Shown: in pieces, positions 35,765 through 44,415 of the stretch
Layout of the letters: each line of letters begins with the position of its first letter
Position numbering within the stretch: position 1 is the first letter of the stretch
Source of the DNA: Vicinamibacterales bacterium
GTDB taxonomy: Bacteria; Acidobacteriota; Vicinamibacteria; Vicinamibacterales; JAMQPK01
Length of the DNA: 64,000 nucleotides
Direction of reading: 5' to 3'
Assembly (NCBI GenBank): GCA_035937795.1
Contig: DASZHO010000051.1
Coordinates: forward strand, 35,290 to 99,289
The notes under the pieces: model-generated
The model's database searches: none
What the model saw: only the letters and a program-made list of their open reading frames with translations
What the model was told of the DNA's origin: nothing
Position numbers and translations under genes: made by a program

Positions 35765-37129
35765 CTACGGCGAAAATCGTCGATGCCGGCTGCGGTCGTT
35801 GCGGGGGCGGGCGTGCGAAGGCGCACTGGCGTGCGGGTGGCGTGGTCCCTGGCTCGGGCCGTGACCGTGCGGACTCGAGTGCGGCTGCGCGTGCTGCGCG
35901 CGCCGTTCGGTGTTGACTCTCGCCCGCTGGCGGTCTTCCGCCTTGCGCGCGCGAATCTCCGCGATGCGCTGCGCGTGCGGCACCTCAAGCCGCTGCTCGC
36001 CGCGGGCCTGGTAGTCGAAATCGGGCACCGTGACGCGCGGCAGGCGCTTGTTGATGGCGCGCTCGATCGCGCGAATGTTCCCTTCGTCTTCCGGCGCCAC
36101 GAGGGTAAAGGCCGACCCGGTCAGTTCCGCGCGCGCGGTCCGTCCGACGCGGTGAATGTAGTCCTCGGGCACGGCGGGCACATCAAAATTGATCACGTGG
36201 CCCAGGGCGGTGACGTCGATGCCTCTGGCCGCGATGTCGGTGGCCACGAGCACGCGGTATTTTCCGCTCTTGAAGCCCGACAGCGCGTCGGTGCGCTGCG
36301 ACTGCGAGCGGTTGCCATGGATGCGCTGCACGTTGATGTTGTGCTGCCCCAGGTGCCTGGCGAGCCGATCGGCACGATGCTTGGTGCGGGTGAACACGAG
36401 CGCCTCCTTCACATCGCCCTTACTCAACAGCGCGACCAGCAGGGCCGGCTTGAGATGCGTGGCGACCGGATAGATCGCTTGCGTAATCCCCGTAGCGGGG
36501 GCCGCGCGCCGTTCGAGATTGATCATCGCCGGGCTGTGCAGCATCTCCTGCGACAACTTCACGATCGGCGGCGGCAGCGTCGCGCTGAAAAACAGCGTCT
36601 GCCGCTTGGCCGGGATATGGCGAAGTATCCGCCGGATGTCGGGGAGGAACCCCATGTCGAGCATGCGGTCGGCTTCGTCGAGCACGAGATATTCCAGCCC
36701 GTTCAGCTTCGCGTACGGCTGGCGGAAATGATCGAGGAGCCGTCCGGGTGTTCCCACGATCACGTCCACGCGTGTGCGGAAGGCGTGCTCCTGCGGCCCC
36801 ATGCCGACGCCGCCGAACACCGACGCGCCGGTGATGGGCGTATGCACAGTCAGGTCGGTCAGGTCTTCCAGAATCTGCGCCGCCAGCTCGCGCGTCGGCG
36901 TAATGATCAGCGCACGCGTCGTGCCGCGAGGCTTTCCCATCAGACCGTTGAGAATGGGGAGCAGGAACGCGGCCGTCTTGCCGCTGCCGGTCTCCGCGCA
37001 TGCAAGCACGTCGCGGCCTTCAATCCCCGGGGGGATCGCGTCTGCTTGAATCGGAGTGGGGCGGGTGAAACCGAGGTCTTTGACGCCGCGAAGGAGGTCG
37101 GGGTGGAGCTTGAATTGAGTGAAAGGCAT
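35765..37129 (-). CDS. rhlE: DEAD-box ATP-dependent RNA helicase (RhlE-like) with a basic His/Arg-rich tail
   Basis: Q-motif region (FTRPTPIQ), AETGSGKT, DEAD (VLDEADRM), SAT and HRVGRTAR. Confidence 0.9.
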   Translation of the reverse strand: MPFTQFKLHPDLLRGVKDLGFTRPTPIQADAIPPGIEGRDVLACAETGSGKTAAFLLPILNGLMGKPRGTTRALIITPTRELAAQILEDLTDLTVHTPITGASVFGGVGMGPQEHAFRTRVDVIVGTPGRLLDHFRQPYAKLNGLEYLVLDEADRMLDMGFLPDIRRILRHIPAKRQTLFFSATLPPPIVKLSQEMLHSPAMINLERRAAPATGITQAIYPVATHLKPALLVALLSKGDVKEALVFTRTKHRADRLARHLGQHNINVQRIHGNRSQSQRTDALSGFKSGKYRVLVATDIAARGIDVTALGHVINFDVPAVPEDYIHRVGRTARAELTGSAFTLVAPEDEGNIRAIERAINKRLPRVTVPDFDYQARGEQRLEVPHAQRIAEIRARKAEDRQRARVNTERRAQHAQPHSSPHGHGPSQGPRHPHASAPSHARPRNDRSRHRRFSP

Positions 37130-37152
37130 TCACTCAACTCTATCATGCGCTC

Positions 37153-37605
37153 TCAGGGCTTGACCGCCCTGCCCTGTGCGTCGACCGCCACTTCCACGCT
37201 CTTGCCTGCCTTCGTTTTCACGGTCGACTCATAGGCCACCACCGACTTGCCCTTGGTGACCGATTCAACTTTCGTCACCTGGCCGCGGGCCATCAATGCT
37301 TTCATCGCGGCCGGCGGCACCGCATCGTTGGCGATCTCTTCTTCAATTTCCACGACGGTGCCGGCGGCGTCGAACAGGAGATCCCGCGTGCGGCCATTCA
37401 GCACGGTCTCCACTTCGTAAAAGGTCTTGCCGCCTTCCACTTCCTTGTTGAAGCCTTTCAGGGTGGCGCCCTTCGTCCGTTCCTGCTCGGCCGAGGCCTG
37501 GACGGCCTTCGGCAAATCCTGCATCCGGATTTTTGTTTCCTGAGCGAATACGCCGAACGCAAAAATCGCGGCGAGCGCGCAGGCGAGCGAAAGTGTTCTC
37601 GTCAT
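37153..37605 (-). CDS. Periplasmic PepSY-like repeat protein
   Basis: The start is set at MTRTLSLACALAAIFAFGVFAQ, a signal peptide. There are two repeats of the form K...EVE.GKTFYEVE / KGKSVVAYESTVKTKAGKSVEVAVD, typical of PepSY-like lipocalin-type small proteins. Confidence 0.5.
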   Translation of the reverse strand: MTRTLSLACALAAIFAFGVFAQETKIRMQDLPKAVQASAEQERTKGATLKGFNKEVEGGKTFYEVETVLNGRTRDLLFDAAGTVVEIEEEIANDAVPPAAMKALMARGQVTKVESVTKGKSVVAYESTVKTKAGKSVEVAVDAQGRAVKP

Positions 37606-38090
37606 GTCTTCATTGTGCACCCGGGCGCATGAACGAACCATGACGTTCGCTTCGGCCCGGAAGTGACTAAAATAGCCCTCTCCACCCTGTGCAGGCGATG
37701 AGCGCAACAACCTGTGCGCATTGCGGCGGAACGATCGCGCTTCCCCACCGGTCCGATGTCGATTGCTTCCGCGAGCTCTAGGGCGAAGTGGCGGCAGCGT
37801 GAGGCGGCTTCGTGCGCTCACCAGGCGCAAGGGCCAGCTGATGCGCGCCCGGGTCCGGGCCCGCCAGCGGGAGATAGCCGGCCGGGCGAAAGAGGCGTCG
37901 ACACCAAGGAAGCCGCTCGCCAGCGTGCTTGGCCCACAGAATCGCGGAACGTCTCCTTTAGCGGCCAGGAAGTTTAGACAAAGGGAGAGAAAAAGCTGGG
38001 GGCTGACGGCGAGTAGCTCAAATGCTTGGAATTCCAGCCTCTCCGGCTGGAGCCGAACTTGCTTGGTGTACGCTTACCGGAGGTTCCCAT

Positions 38091-38819
38091 ATGCGGTATC
38101 TCGGCCTCGCTTTCGCGCTGCTGCTTGCTCTTCCCCGCGCGAGCGGCGCGCAATCCCCCGATTTTCTGTTTGGAGCACCCCACGGCACGGTTGCCGTCCG
38201 CAGCGGCTGGATGATGGCGCGTGCGGGCAGCGACATCTATACTTTCGTGCAGAGTCAGCTGACGGTGAACAAGAAGGATTTCAACTCGCCGGTTTTCGGC
38301 CTCGACCTCGATTTCGCGATTGCGCCGCGGATGACGGCGGTGGCCGGCTTCGATCTCAGCGGCTCGAGCACGAACTCCGAGTACCGCAACCTGGTCGATA
38401 ACCAACGGCTGCCCATCAAGCAGACCACGTCGCTGCACGAGCAGAACATCAGCGGCAGCCTGAAATTCGCGCTGACGCCGCGCGGACGGGAAATCAGCCA
38501 GCACGCGTGGATTCCCTCGGCTGTCACGCCGTTCGTGGGCGCCGGCGGCGGCGTGATGCACTACGGCTTCACGCAGAACGGCGACTTCGTCGACTTCACA
38601 GACAACTCGGTGTTCACGCACACATATCAGTCGAGCGGTTGGGCGCCGAGCGCGCATGTGTTCGGCGGCGTCGACGTGAAGGCGTCGCGGCGGATTTATT
38701 TCAGCGCCGAGGCGCGCTATCTCTGGTCCCACGCCAAGCTCGGCAACGATTTTTCAGGATTCAATCCGATCGACCTTGCCGGCTTCAGGATGACAGGCGG
38801 CATTCGCTACATGTTTTAG
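38091..38819 (+). CDS. Outer-membrane beta-barrel protein
   Basis: The start is set at MRYLGLAFALLLALPRASGAQ. The sequence has alternating beta-strand patterning and the C-terminal beta-signal GGIRYMF. Confidence 0.55.
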   Translation: MRYLGLAFALLLALPRASGAQSPDFLFGAPHGTVAVRSGWMMARAGSDIYTFVQSQLTVNKKDFNSPVFGLDLDFAIAPRMTAVAGFDLSGSSTNSEYRNLVDNQRLPIKQTTSLHEQNISGSLKFALTPRGREISQHAWIPSAVTPFVGAGGGVMHYGFTQNGDFVDFTDNSVFTHTYQSSGWAPSAHVFGGVDVKASRRIYFSAEARYLWSHAKLGNDFSGFNPIDLAGFRMTGGIRYMF

Positions 38820-38832
38820 GGTGGAGACGACG

Positions 38833-40260
38833 ATGAAAACCATCATCGGCATATTCGCGGCCGCGATCGCGCTCGGCGCGATGCCTGCGGGCGCGCAGGG
38901 TCCAGCGACGTCAGTGTCGAGCGGCGCGGGGGCTCGCGCAGCAGGCCCACGTTTCGACGCACGGTGGACGCCTTATCTCGGATGCTGGCGGCTGCTTCAG
39001 GAAAATGTGCGCGCCGAAGGCGCGGGGGCGCCGCCAGCCGCAACGCCCGCAGGACCGACGATCACGGTGTGCGTGGCGCCGTCGGGCACAACGAGCGGCG
39101 TGGCGATGACGACGTTCGCCGACGGCAACAAGATTCTTGAACAGACCGCGGTGGCGGACGGCGCGCCGCGCGCGCTGGCCGAATCCGGCTGCACCGGCAC
39201 GCAAACCAGCGAATGGTCCAGCGACGGCTTGAGGCTGTTCACGCACGTCGATCTCGCGTGCAACGATCGTCCGGCGCAGACCCTCTCGGGTCTCACGCTG
39301 TTCGCGAAGGGCCCGGCGTGGATCGACATCCAAGCCACCACCGCGGACGAGCAGCAAGTGCGAATCCGCCGGTACGCGCGCGCCTCCGACCAGCCTGACG
39401 GGCTTGCCGCGCTCCCGGCTGACGCCATCACACGCGCAATGGTCGACGCGCAGGCGGCGAGCGTCCATCGGTTGAGCCAGAACGATATCGTGGAGGCCAG
39501 CAAGAAGACAGCGCCGCAGGCGGTGGAAGCGGCGATCGTCGAAACGCAGGCGCGCTTCGCGCTCGATAGCCGCACGTTGAAACAACTGGCCGACGCCGGC
39601 GTTTCGCCAAACGTGATTGATTTGATGGTCGGGCAGTCGTTTCCGTCGCACTTCCGCGTCGAGCGGCCGATCACGCTCCCGCCATCGCCGGTCTCCGCGT
39701 CGACGGGCACGGCGGCGGCAGCCGGATCGGCGCAATATCCAGCGGCGCAATATCCCACGCCATATCCCTACTCTCCGTATGGGGCCTACGCGTACGATCC
39801 CTTCTACTACTACTCCTACTACTACTCTCCGTTTGCCTACCCGTACTATTGGGGCAATCCCGGCTACTATGGCGGGCCGATCTACTTCATCGATAACGGC
39901 GGGACAATCATCGCCCCGAACGGATCTGGCAGCGGCGGGGGCGGCGCCGCGGCCAGCGACAACGGCCAAGGACAGGTGATCAACGGACGCGGCTACACGC
40001 GCGTGCATTCGGGTTCGGGGGGGGATGCGGCGCAGCCGACGGCGCACGTCGTAACGGCAACGTCGCCCAAAACGGTTCGGGGGGCTTCAGGCTCGGGCGC
40101 CGCCTCATCTTCGAGCTCCGGCTCGAGCTCCTCTGGATCGAGCTCTTCCGGTTCATCGGGGTCGTCATCTTCGGGGTCTTCAGGGGGAGCGTCGGTTTCC
40201 GGCAGCGGCTACTCGAGCGGTGGCTCGGGCGGCGGTGGACGGACCGCGCAGCCGAAGTAG
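38833..40260 (+). CDS. Secreted protein with a globular N-terminal part, an extreme Tyr/Pro-rich segment and a Ser/Gly-rich tail
   Basis: ATG 38833 lies 7 nt after a GGAG. Signal peptide MKTIIGIFAAAIALGAMPAGAQG. Tyr-rich segment YPAAQYPTPYPYSPYGAYAYDPFYYYSYYYSPFAYPYYWGNPGYYGGPIYF. Tail SGSGAASSSSSGSSSSGSSSSGSSGSSSSGSSGG...GGSGGGG. Confidence 0.55.
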   Translation: MKTIIGIFAAAIALGAMPAGAQGPATSVSSGAGARAAGPRFDARWTPYLGCWRLLQENVRAEGAGAPPAATPAGPTITVCVAPSGTTSGVAMTTFADGNKILEQTAVADGAPRALAESGCTGTQTSEWSSDGLRLFTHVDLACNDRPAQTLSGLTLFAKGPAWIDIQATTADEQQVRIRRYARASDQPDGLAALPADAITRAMVDAQAASVHRLSQNDIVEASKKTAPQAVEAAIVETQARFALDSRTLKQLADAGVSPNVIDLMVGQSFPSHFRVERPITLPPSPVSASTGTAAAAGSAQYPAAQYPTPYPYSPYGAYAYDPFYYYSYYYSPFAYPYYWGNPGYYGGPIYFIDNGGTIIAPNGSGSGGGGAAASDNGQGQVINGRGYTRVHSGSGGDAAQPTAHVVTATSPKTVRGASGSGAASSSSSGSSSSGSSSSGSSGSSSSGSSGGASVSGSGYSSGGSGGGGRTAQPK

Positions 40261-40276
40261 GCTGCGAGGAGGCTGA

Positions 40277-40798
40277 GTGAAATCCATCGTCCCATTGCTG
40301 ACAGCCGGAATGCTCACTGCAGCGATGAACACTACGAGCCTAGCCAAGACCGGCGGAGTCGGGATCTATGCCATCGTCGACAAGATCGCGTTCGAGCCCG
40401 ACAAGACCTCTCCGGAGCGAGTTCGGATTGACGGTACGTTCGTCGTCCCGATCCGCATGTCGAGCGGTGATTACGCTCCTCCGAAGCGTGGGTTTCTATA
40501 CTTCAAAACAGCAGCGGGACGGGAACACGCTGCCAGAAGAGACTGGGCAGCTCTGACATCGGTGGCCGGCACCGGCGAGGTCATCGGATTTGCGTTCTAC
40601 TGGGTACCCGACGCTCACACGGGTGGCAATCCGCACCATACCCTCGAGGTCACGGTCCATCGCAACGGTGCTGCTGCCTCACCGGACGACTATCCGCTGT
40701 CGTTCGCCGAGGTTCTCCCCAAGGAGAATGCAATTGTGAAAGCCGGAAACCCGGCGTTCGACACCGTCGTCTTAAAGCAACTCAAAGGAGTTGGCTAG
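40277..40798 (+). CDS. Hypothetical secreted protein
   Basis: GTG start preceded by GAGGAGG. Signal-like N-terminus (MKSIVPLLTAGMLTAAMNTTSLA). I recognise no family. Confidence 0.4.
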   Translation: MKSIVPLLTAGMLTAAMNTTSLAKTGGVGIYAIVDKIAFEPDKTSPERVRIDGTFVVPIRMSSGDYAPPKRGFLYFKTAAGREHAARRDWAALTSVAGTGEVIGFAFYWVPDAHTGGNPHHTLEVTVHRNGAAASPDDYPLSFAEVLPKENAIVKAGNPAFDTVVLKQLKGVG

Positions 40799-41466
40799 GC
40801 CCGGAGACGCCGGCGCGCGGGACGTTCGACGTCGAGCGGGATCATTCCGTGATAGGCCGCCACCAGCTCCGTGCGGCTGCGACAGCCAACCTTCCTGAAG
40901 ATGTGCATCAGGTGCACCTTGACGGTCGCCTCGCTGATCGCCAATCGATCGGCGAGCTCCTTATTCGCGAAGCCCGCCGCGGCGTGCCGAAGCACTTCCC
41001 GTTCGCGTGCGCTGAGGTACTGCCAGCCGGCGAGGCGCTGGCCTGCCTCGGCATCGGGCCTGCATTTCTTCCACGCGGCGGCGACGATGTGCCGTGGCGC
41101 CCAGATCTTCCCCTGGTGGACGAGCGTGATCGCCTGAACCACTTCTTTCGCCCGCGCCCGCTGGTACAGGATGCCGCGCGCGCCCGCGATGAGGGCGTCG
41201 GTCGCCAACGGCCCATCATCCGGCAAGGCGAGCACGAGGATCTTCGGCTCCACCGCCGAGCAGAATCGCTGGCACAACGCGAGCGCTCCGCCCATGCGTC
41301 CGTCGAGCAGCAGGATCTCGGGACGGCCGGCGGGCACGGTCGCCAGCAGCGCGTCTTTGTCGCGAACGTCGACGAACTGGAGCGATGCCTCGGAGTTGAT
41401 GATGCGCGCGAGGCCCTCCGAAAACAGACGAGTGTCGCTCAGGACGCCGACACGCACTGCTGACAT
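40795..41466 (-). CDS. LuxR/FixJ-type response-regulator-like transcription factor with an atypical receiver
   Basis: The start is set at MSAVRVGVLSD. The C-terminal HTH is LSAREREVLRHAAAGFANKELADRLAISEATVKVHLMHIFRKVG. The receiver-like N-terminus retains LLLDGRM, but the acidic pair near the N-terminus reads SD rather than DD/ED. Confidence 0.7.
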   Translation of the reverse strand: MSAVRVGVLSDTRLFSEGLARIINSEASLQFVDVRDKDALLATVPAGRPEILLLDGRMGGALALCQRFCSAVEPKILVLALPDDGPLATDALIAGARGILYQRARAKEVVQAITLVHQGKIWAPRHIVAAAWKKCRPDAEAGQRLAGWQYLSAREREVLRHAAAGFANKELADRLAISEATVKVHLMHIFRKVGCRSRTELVAAYHGMIPLDVERPARRRLRA

Positions 41467-41657
41467 CGAGCACCAACCCTTATGGGAGCGCAATCAGGAC
41501 CCCCAGCAGAATGATGATAGGCAGCGCAGCCGATCCGGGTCAATCAACAAAGCACGAGAATCGGGTTCGCGTCTCAGCCGTACGTCGTACTCCGTTCGTC
41601 TAGCAGACAAGCGCGAGACCGACCGCCATACTACCGCGCGAACTCTCGACTCGCGCC

Positions 41658-43175
41658 ATGAACACGCTCGGAACGGTCGCCAACTTCGCAGGCCCGCTCG
41701 ACGCACGGGATCGGGAAACGATTGTTGCGCTTCGCCGTGTCCTCGATGCCCACGGTTTCGCCACTGCCGCCGTCCCCGCCGCCATGGGGGGCACATTGCG
41801 GTCGGATTTCCACCTGCGTGTCGACCTGCCGCTGTACCTCCGCCGCCTCGCCGGGCCGGCGCCCATCAACACCCTGATCAAACTGTTCGTGCTCGACCAG
41901 TGGGTGGAGGAGAGCGCCGCGCGCCGCGCGCTGGCGCCCCTCGACCTCGGCGACGTCCGCGCGCTGGGCCTCATCGAGAAGGACGAGGAGAGGGGCGTGC
42001 GGGCCCGGGTGCGTCTCTCCGGCTACCGTGATCTCGTGCTCGCGCACGACCGGTACGACGAGCAGCTTCGCGTGCTTCAACCCGACCACGTGCTCGACGT
42101 CAATCCGACCAGCGTCACGCTCGCGAACCTCACCGTCCGCCGCCACGTGCGATCGGCGCTCGACGTCGGCACCGGGTGCGGCGTCCTGGCGCTGCTCGCG
42201 GCGCGCCACGCCGACCGCGTGGTCGCGACCGACACGAACGCGCGGGCGCTCAACCTCGCGTCGTTCAACGGCCAGCTGAACGGCATCGAGCACATCGAAT
42301 GGCGGATGGGAAGCCTGTTCGAGCCGGTCGTGGGCTGCCGATTCGATCTGATTGTCTGCAATCCTCCCTACGTCATCTCTCCAGATTCGCAGTACGTATT
42401 CCGCGACAGCGGCCGGAAGGGCGACGCGATCTGCGGCGAGATCGTCCGCCGCCTGCCGGATCATCTCGAGGAGGGCGGCTTTGCCTCGATGCTGTGCAAC
42501 TGGACGATGGCGCGCGACGAAGAGTGGCCGTCGCCGCTCCGCCGTTGGGTCGAGGGAACGGGGTGCGACGCCTGGCTGCTGTGCAGCACCACGCACGACC
42601 CGCTCACCTATGCCGCGTTCTGGAATCGAACCCAGGAGCGGGAACGATACGAGCAAGCGCTGGACCGCTGGGTCGCCTACTGTCGCGAGCTGAACGTCGA
42701 CGCGATCGGACTCGGCGCCGTCATCCTCCGCCGGAAGGCTGGCGGGCCCGTCTGGGTTCGCACCAGCAGCCTGCCCGAGAGCCCCATCGACACGTGCGAC
42801 TCGCAGATTCAGCGCGTGTTCCGCGCGGAGGACTATCTCGCCTCGATTCGTACCGATGCGGCGTTGCTTGCGCACACGTTCGTCGTGGCCGACGACCACC
42901 GGGTGATCCAGACGCTGGCGCCGACAGACGATGCCTACGAGTCGGTGAACGCGGAGATCGAGCTGACGGGCGGCTTCAGGACGCGAGGCTCGGTCGACGC
43001 CTACACCGTGCGCCTGCTCGCGCGATGCGACGGGCGCCGTTCCCTCAACGAGATCGTGAGCGAACTGGCGTGGGGGGGCGGGCCGCCCCGCGATCAGATA
43101 GCTACGGCCTCTGCGGCGATCGTCAAGAGGCTCGTTGCGGCCGGATTCCTGATTCCCGCCGATGAACGCTCGTAA
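41658..43175 (+). CDS. Class I SAM-dependent methyltransferase (NPPY type) with an extended N-terminal domain and a PqqD/RRE-like C-terminal domain
   Basis: SAM motif I (ALDVGTGCGVLALLAA), then DLIVCNPPYV, the NPPY motif of N-directed HemK/PrmC-like methyltransferases. The last 60 aa (VDAYTVRLLARCDGRRSLNEIVSELA...AIVKRLVAAGFLIP) resemble PqqD-type winged-helix domains. Confidence 0.7.
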   Translation: MNTLGTVANFAGPLDARDRETIVALRRVLDAHGFATAAVPAAMGGTLRSDFHLRVDLPLYLRRLAGPAPINTLIKLFVLDQWVEESAARRALAPLDLGDVRALGLIEKDEERGVRARVRLSGYRDLVLAHDRYDEQLRVLQPDHVLDVNPTSVTLANLTVRRHVRSALDVGTGCGVLALLAARHADRVVATDTNARALNLASFNGQLNGIEHIEWRMGSLFEPVVGCRFDLIVCNPPYVISPDSQYVFRDSGRKGDAICGEIVRRLPDHLEEGGFASMLCNWTMARDEEWPSPLRRWVEGTGCDAWLLCSTTHDPLTYAAFWNRTQERERYEQALDRWVAYCRELNVDAIGLGAVILRRKAGGPVWVRTSSLPESPIDTCDSQIQRVFRAEDYLASIRTDAALLAHTFVVADDHRVIQTLAPTDDAYESVNAEIELTGGFRTRGSVDAYTVRLLARCDGRRSLNEIVSELAWGGGPPRDQIATASAAIVKRLVAAGFLIPADERS

Positions 43176-43226
43176 CACGGCCGCCAGGTGGACAGTGAAG
43201 TGGATCGTGAGAGAGGAGGCACCTGC

Positions 43227-43763
43227 ATGGAAATCGGTTTGAAGAGCCTGAGCAGCACGAAGGGTACGGGGCGGCGCACACTGCTGCAGCGCGGGCTTGC
43301 GCTCATTGGCGGCGTCGCCGCTGTCGGGACCGGCGCGCGGTGGGCGACGCGCGAGGTGGGCGCGTCGGCGTTGCGCCGGGGTCCGACGCTGACCGTGTAC
43401 GGCCGCAAGCGGCCCGTGGCGGGCGACAACGAGGCGCGGATCATGGCTTTCGGGGAGCTGCTGGATGCTCCCGACGGCCGGACGATCGGCGAGTTCCACA
43501 CGAATTGCTTCTGCCTGTCGACCCCGCTCGGCCTCCAACCGACTGCGGGTTCGAATCTCGAATTTCACGTCATGCAGTTCAAGGACGGCACGCTGTTCGG
43601 CCTGCGCGGGGGCTCTCCGGGCAGCGACGCGCCGATTCCGAGCGCGGTCATCGGCGGCACGGCGCGCTACGCGGGCGCGTCCGGCAGTCTCGTCGAGCGT
43701 CCGCTCGGCGCCGGCGCGCGCGGTCACGATCTCGTGGAATTTGTCATTACGTTCGCCAGTTGA
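43227..43763 (+). CDS. TAT-signal small beta-barrel protein, dirigent / allene-oxide-cyclase-barrel-like
   Basis: ATG 43227 is preceded by GAGAGGAGG. Twin-arginine signal (GRRTLLQRGLALIGGVAAVG). The body (LTVYG...FGELLDAPDGRTIGEFHTNCF...FKDGTLFGLRGG...AVIGGTARYAGASGSL) matches the dirigent-like pattern ending in aivGGTG.y.GA.G. Confidence 0.5.
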   Translation: MEIGLKSLSSTKGTGRRTLLQRGLALIGGVAAVGTGARWATREVGASALRRGPTLTVYGRKRPVAGDNEARIMAFGELLDAPDGRTIGEFHTNCFCLSTPLGLQPTAGSNLEFHVMQFKDGTLFGLRGGSPGSDAPIPSAVIGGTARYAGASGSLVERPLGAGARGHDLVEFVITFAS

Positions 43764-43774
43764 GGAGGGGGCAG

Positions 43775-44239
43775 ATGGCATACGACGCATTCTTGAAGCT
43801 CGAGGGCATTGAAGGAGAGTCGGCCGATCACAAGCACAAGGGCGAGATCGAGGTGCTCAGCTTTTCGTGGGGCGTCTCGAACGCGACCGCGTCGGCGACC
43901 GGCGGCGGTGGAGCGGGCAAGACCTCCGTCCACGATTTCTCGATCGTGAAGTTCATCGACCAGGCGTCACCGATCCTCTTCCAGAAATGCTGCGAGGGCG
44001 ACACCATCGGCGAGGGCCTGTTCACGCTGGTCGATCGCGGCACCGGTCTCGGGTTCTACAAGGTCCAGTTCGAGAGCGTCCTCATTTCCAGCCTTCAGCC
44101 GACAGGCTCCCCCGGCGGCAGCGCCGCCATGGAGCAGCTCACGTTCCGGTTCTCGATGGTCGACATCAGCGCGTCCGACCTGAGGGGCAACACGACGAAC
44201 ACCATTCGTTGCTCGATGGGCGGCGTGAACGGCCAGTAA
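43775..44239 (+). CDS. hcp: Hcp-family (type VI secretion tube-like) protein, orphan
   Basis: ATG 43775 is preceded by GAGGAGGGG. MAYDAFLKLEGIEGESADHKHKGEIEVLSFSWGVSNA...GGGGAGKTSVHDFSIVKFIDQASPILFQKCCEG is the canonical Hcp1 N-terminal signature. Length is 154 aa. Confidence 0.8.
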   Translation: MAYDAFLKLEGIEGESADHKHKGEIEVLSFSWGVSNATASATGGGGAGKTSVHDFSIVKFIDQASPILFQKCCEGDTIGEGLFTLVDRGTGLGFYKVQFESVLISSLQPTGSPGGSAAMEQLTFRFSMVDISASDLRGNTTNTIRCSMGGVNGQ

Positions 44240-44415
44240 GACGTCACCACGTTCGAGTGTCGGCAGAATCCAGGGCTCAGAAGCACCCCTTGGTCCCGCG
44301 GTGCGACGACCCGAGCTGGCCCTGGGTTCTTCCTCATGCTCACTGCGCCGCCGTTTCCCCGCGCGCCGGTGGTTGGCATCTGCGGGTGCCAGATTCCGAG
44401 GCAATCACGCTTTGA

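Noticed and set aside
37820-37960. Possible MGMT/YbaZ-like gene remnant on the minus strand (…LPWCRRLFRPAGYL…)
   Set aside because: The similarity is a few residues recalled from memory. There is no start and no extended frame. It is kept only as a comment inside the long-intergenic finding.
43547-43557. tRNA T-loop-like string gggttcgaatc
   Set aside because: The flanks do not form a T-stem or an acceptor stem. The site lies inside a well-supported CDS. I saw no cloverleaf anywhere in the window.
41631-43790. 719-aa minus-strand ORF, with similar long antisense ORFs at 956-2341 plus, 15629-17116 minus, 35678-37234 plus, 38911-40047 minus, 7161-8231 plus and 22271-23500 minus
   Set aside because: Each lies antisense to a gene with clear family motifs. 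The translations are Arg/Pro/Ala/Gly-rich with no recognisable domains. This is the classic stop-codon-poor antisense frame of high-GC DNA.
43775-44239. Calling the region a type VI secretion locus
   Set aside because: Only Hcp is present. No TssA-M, VgrG, PAAR or ClpV-like genes occur anywhere in the 64 kb, so it is reported as an orphan hcp rather than a T6SS cluster.
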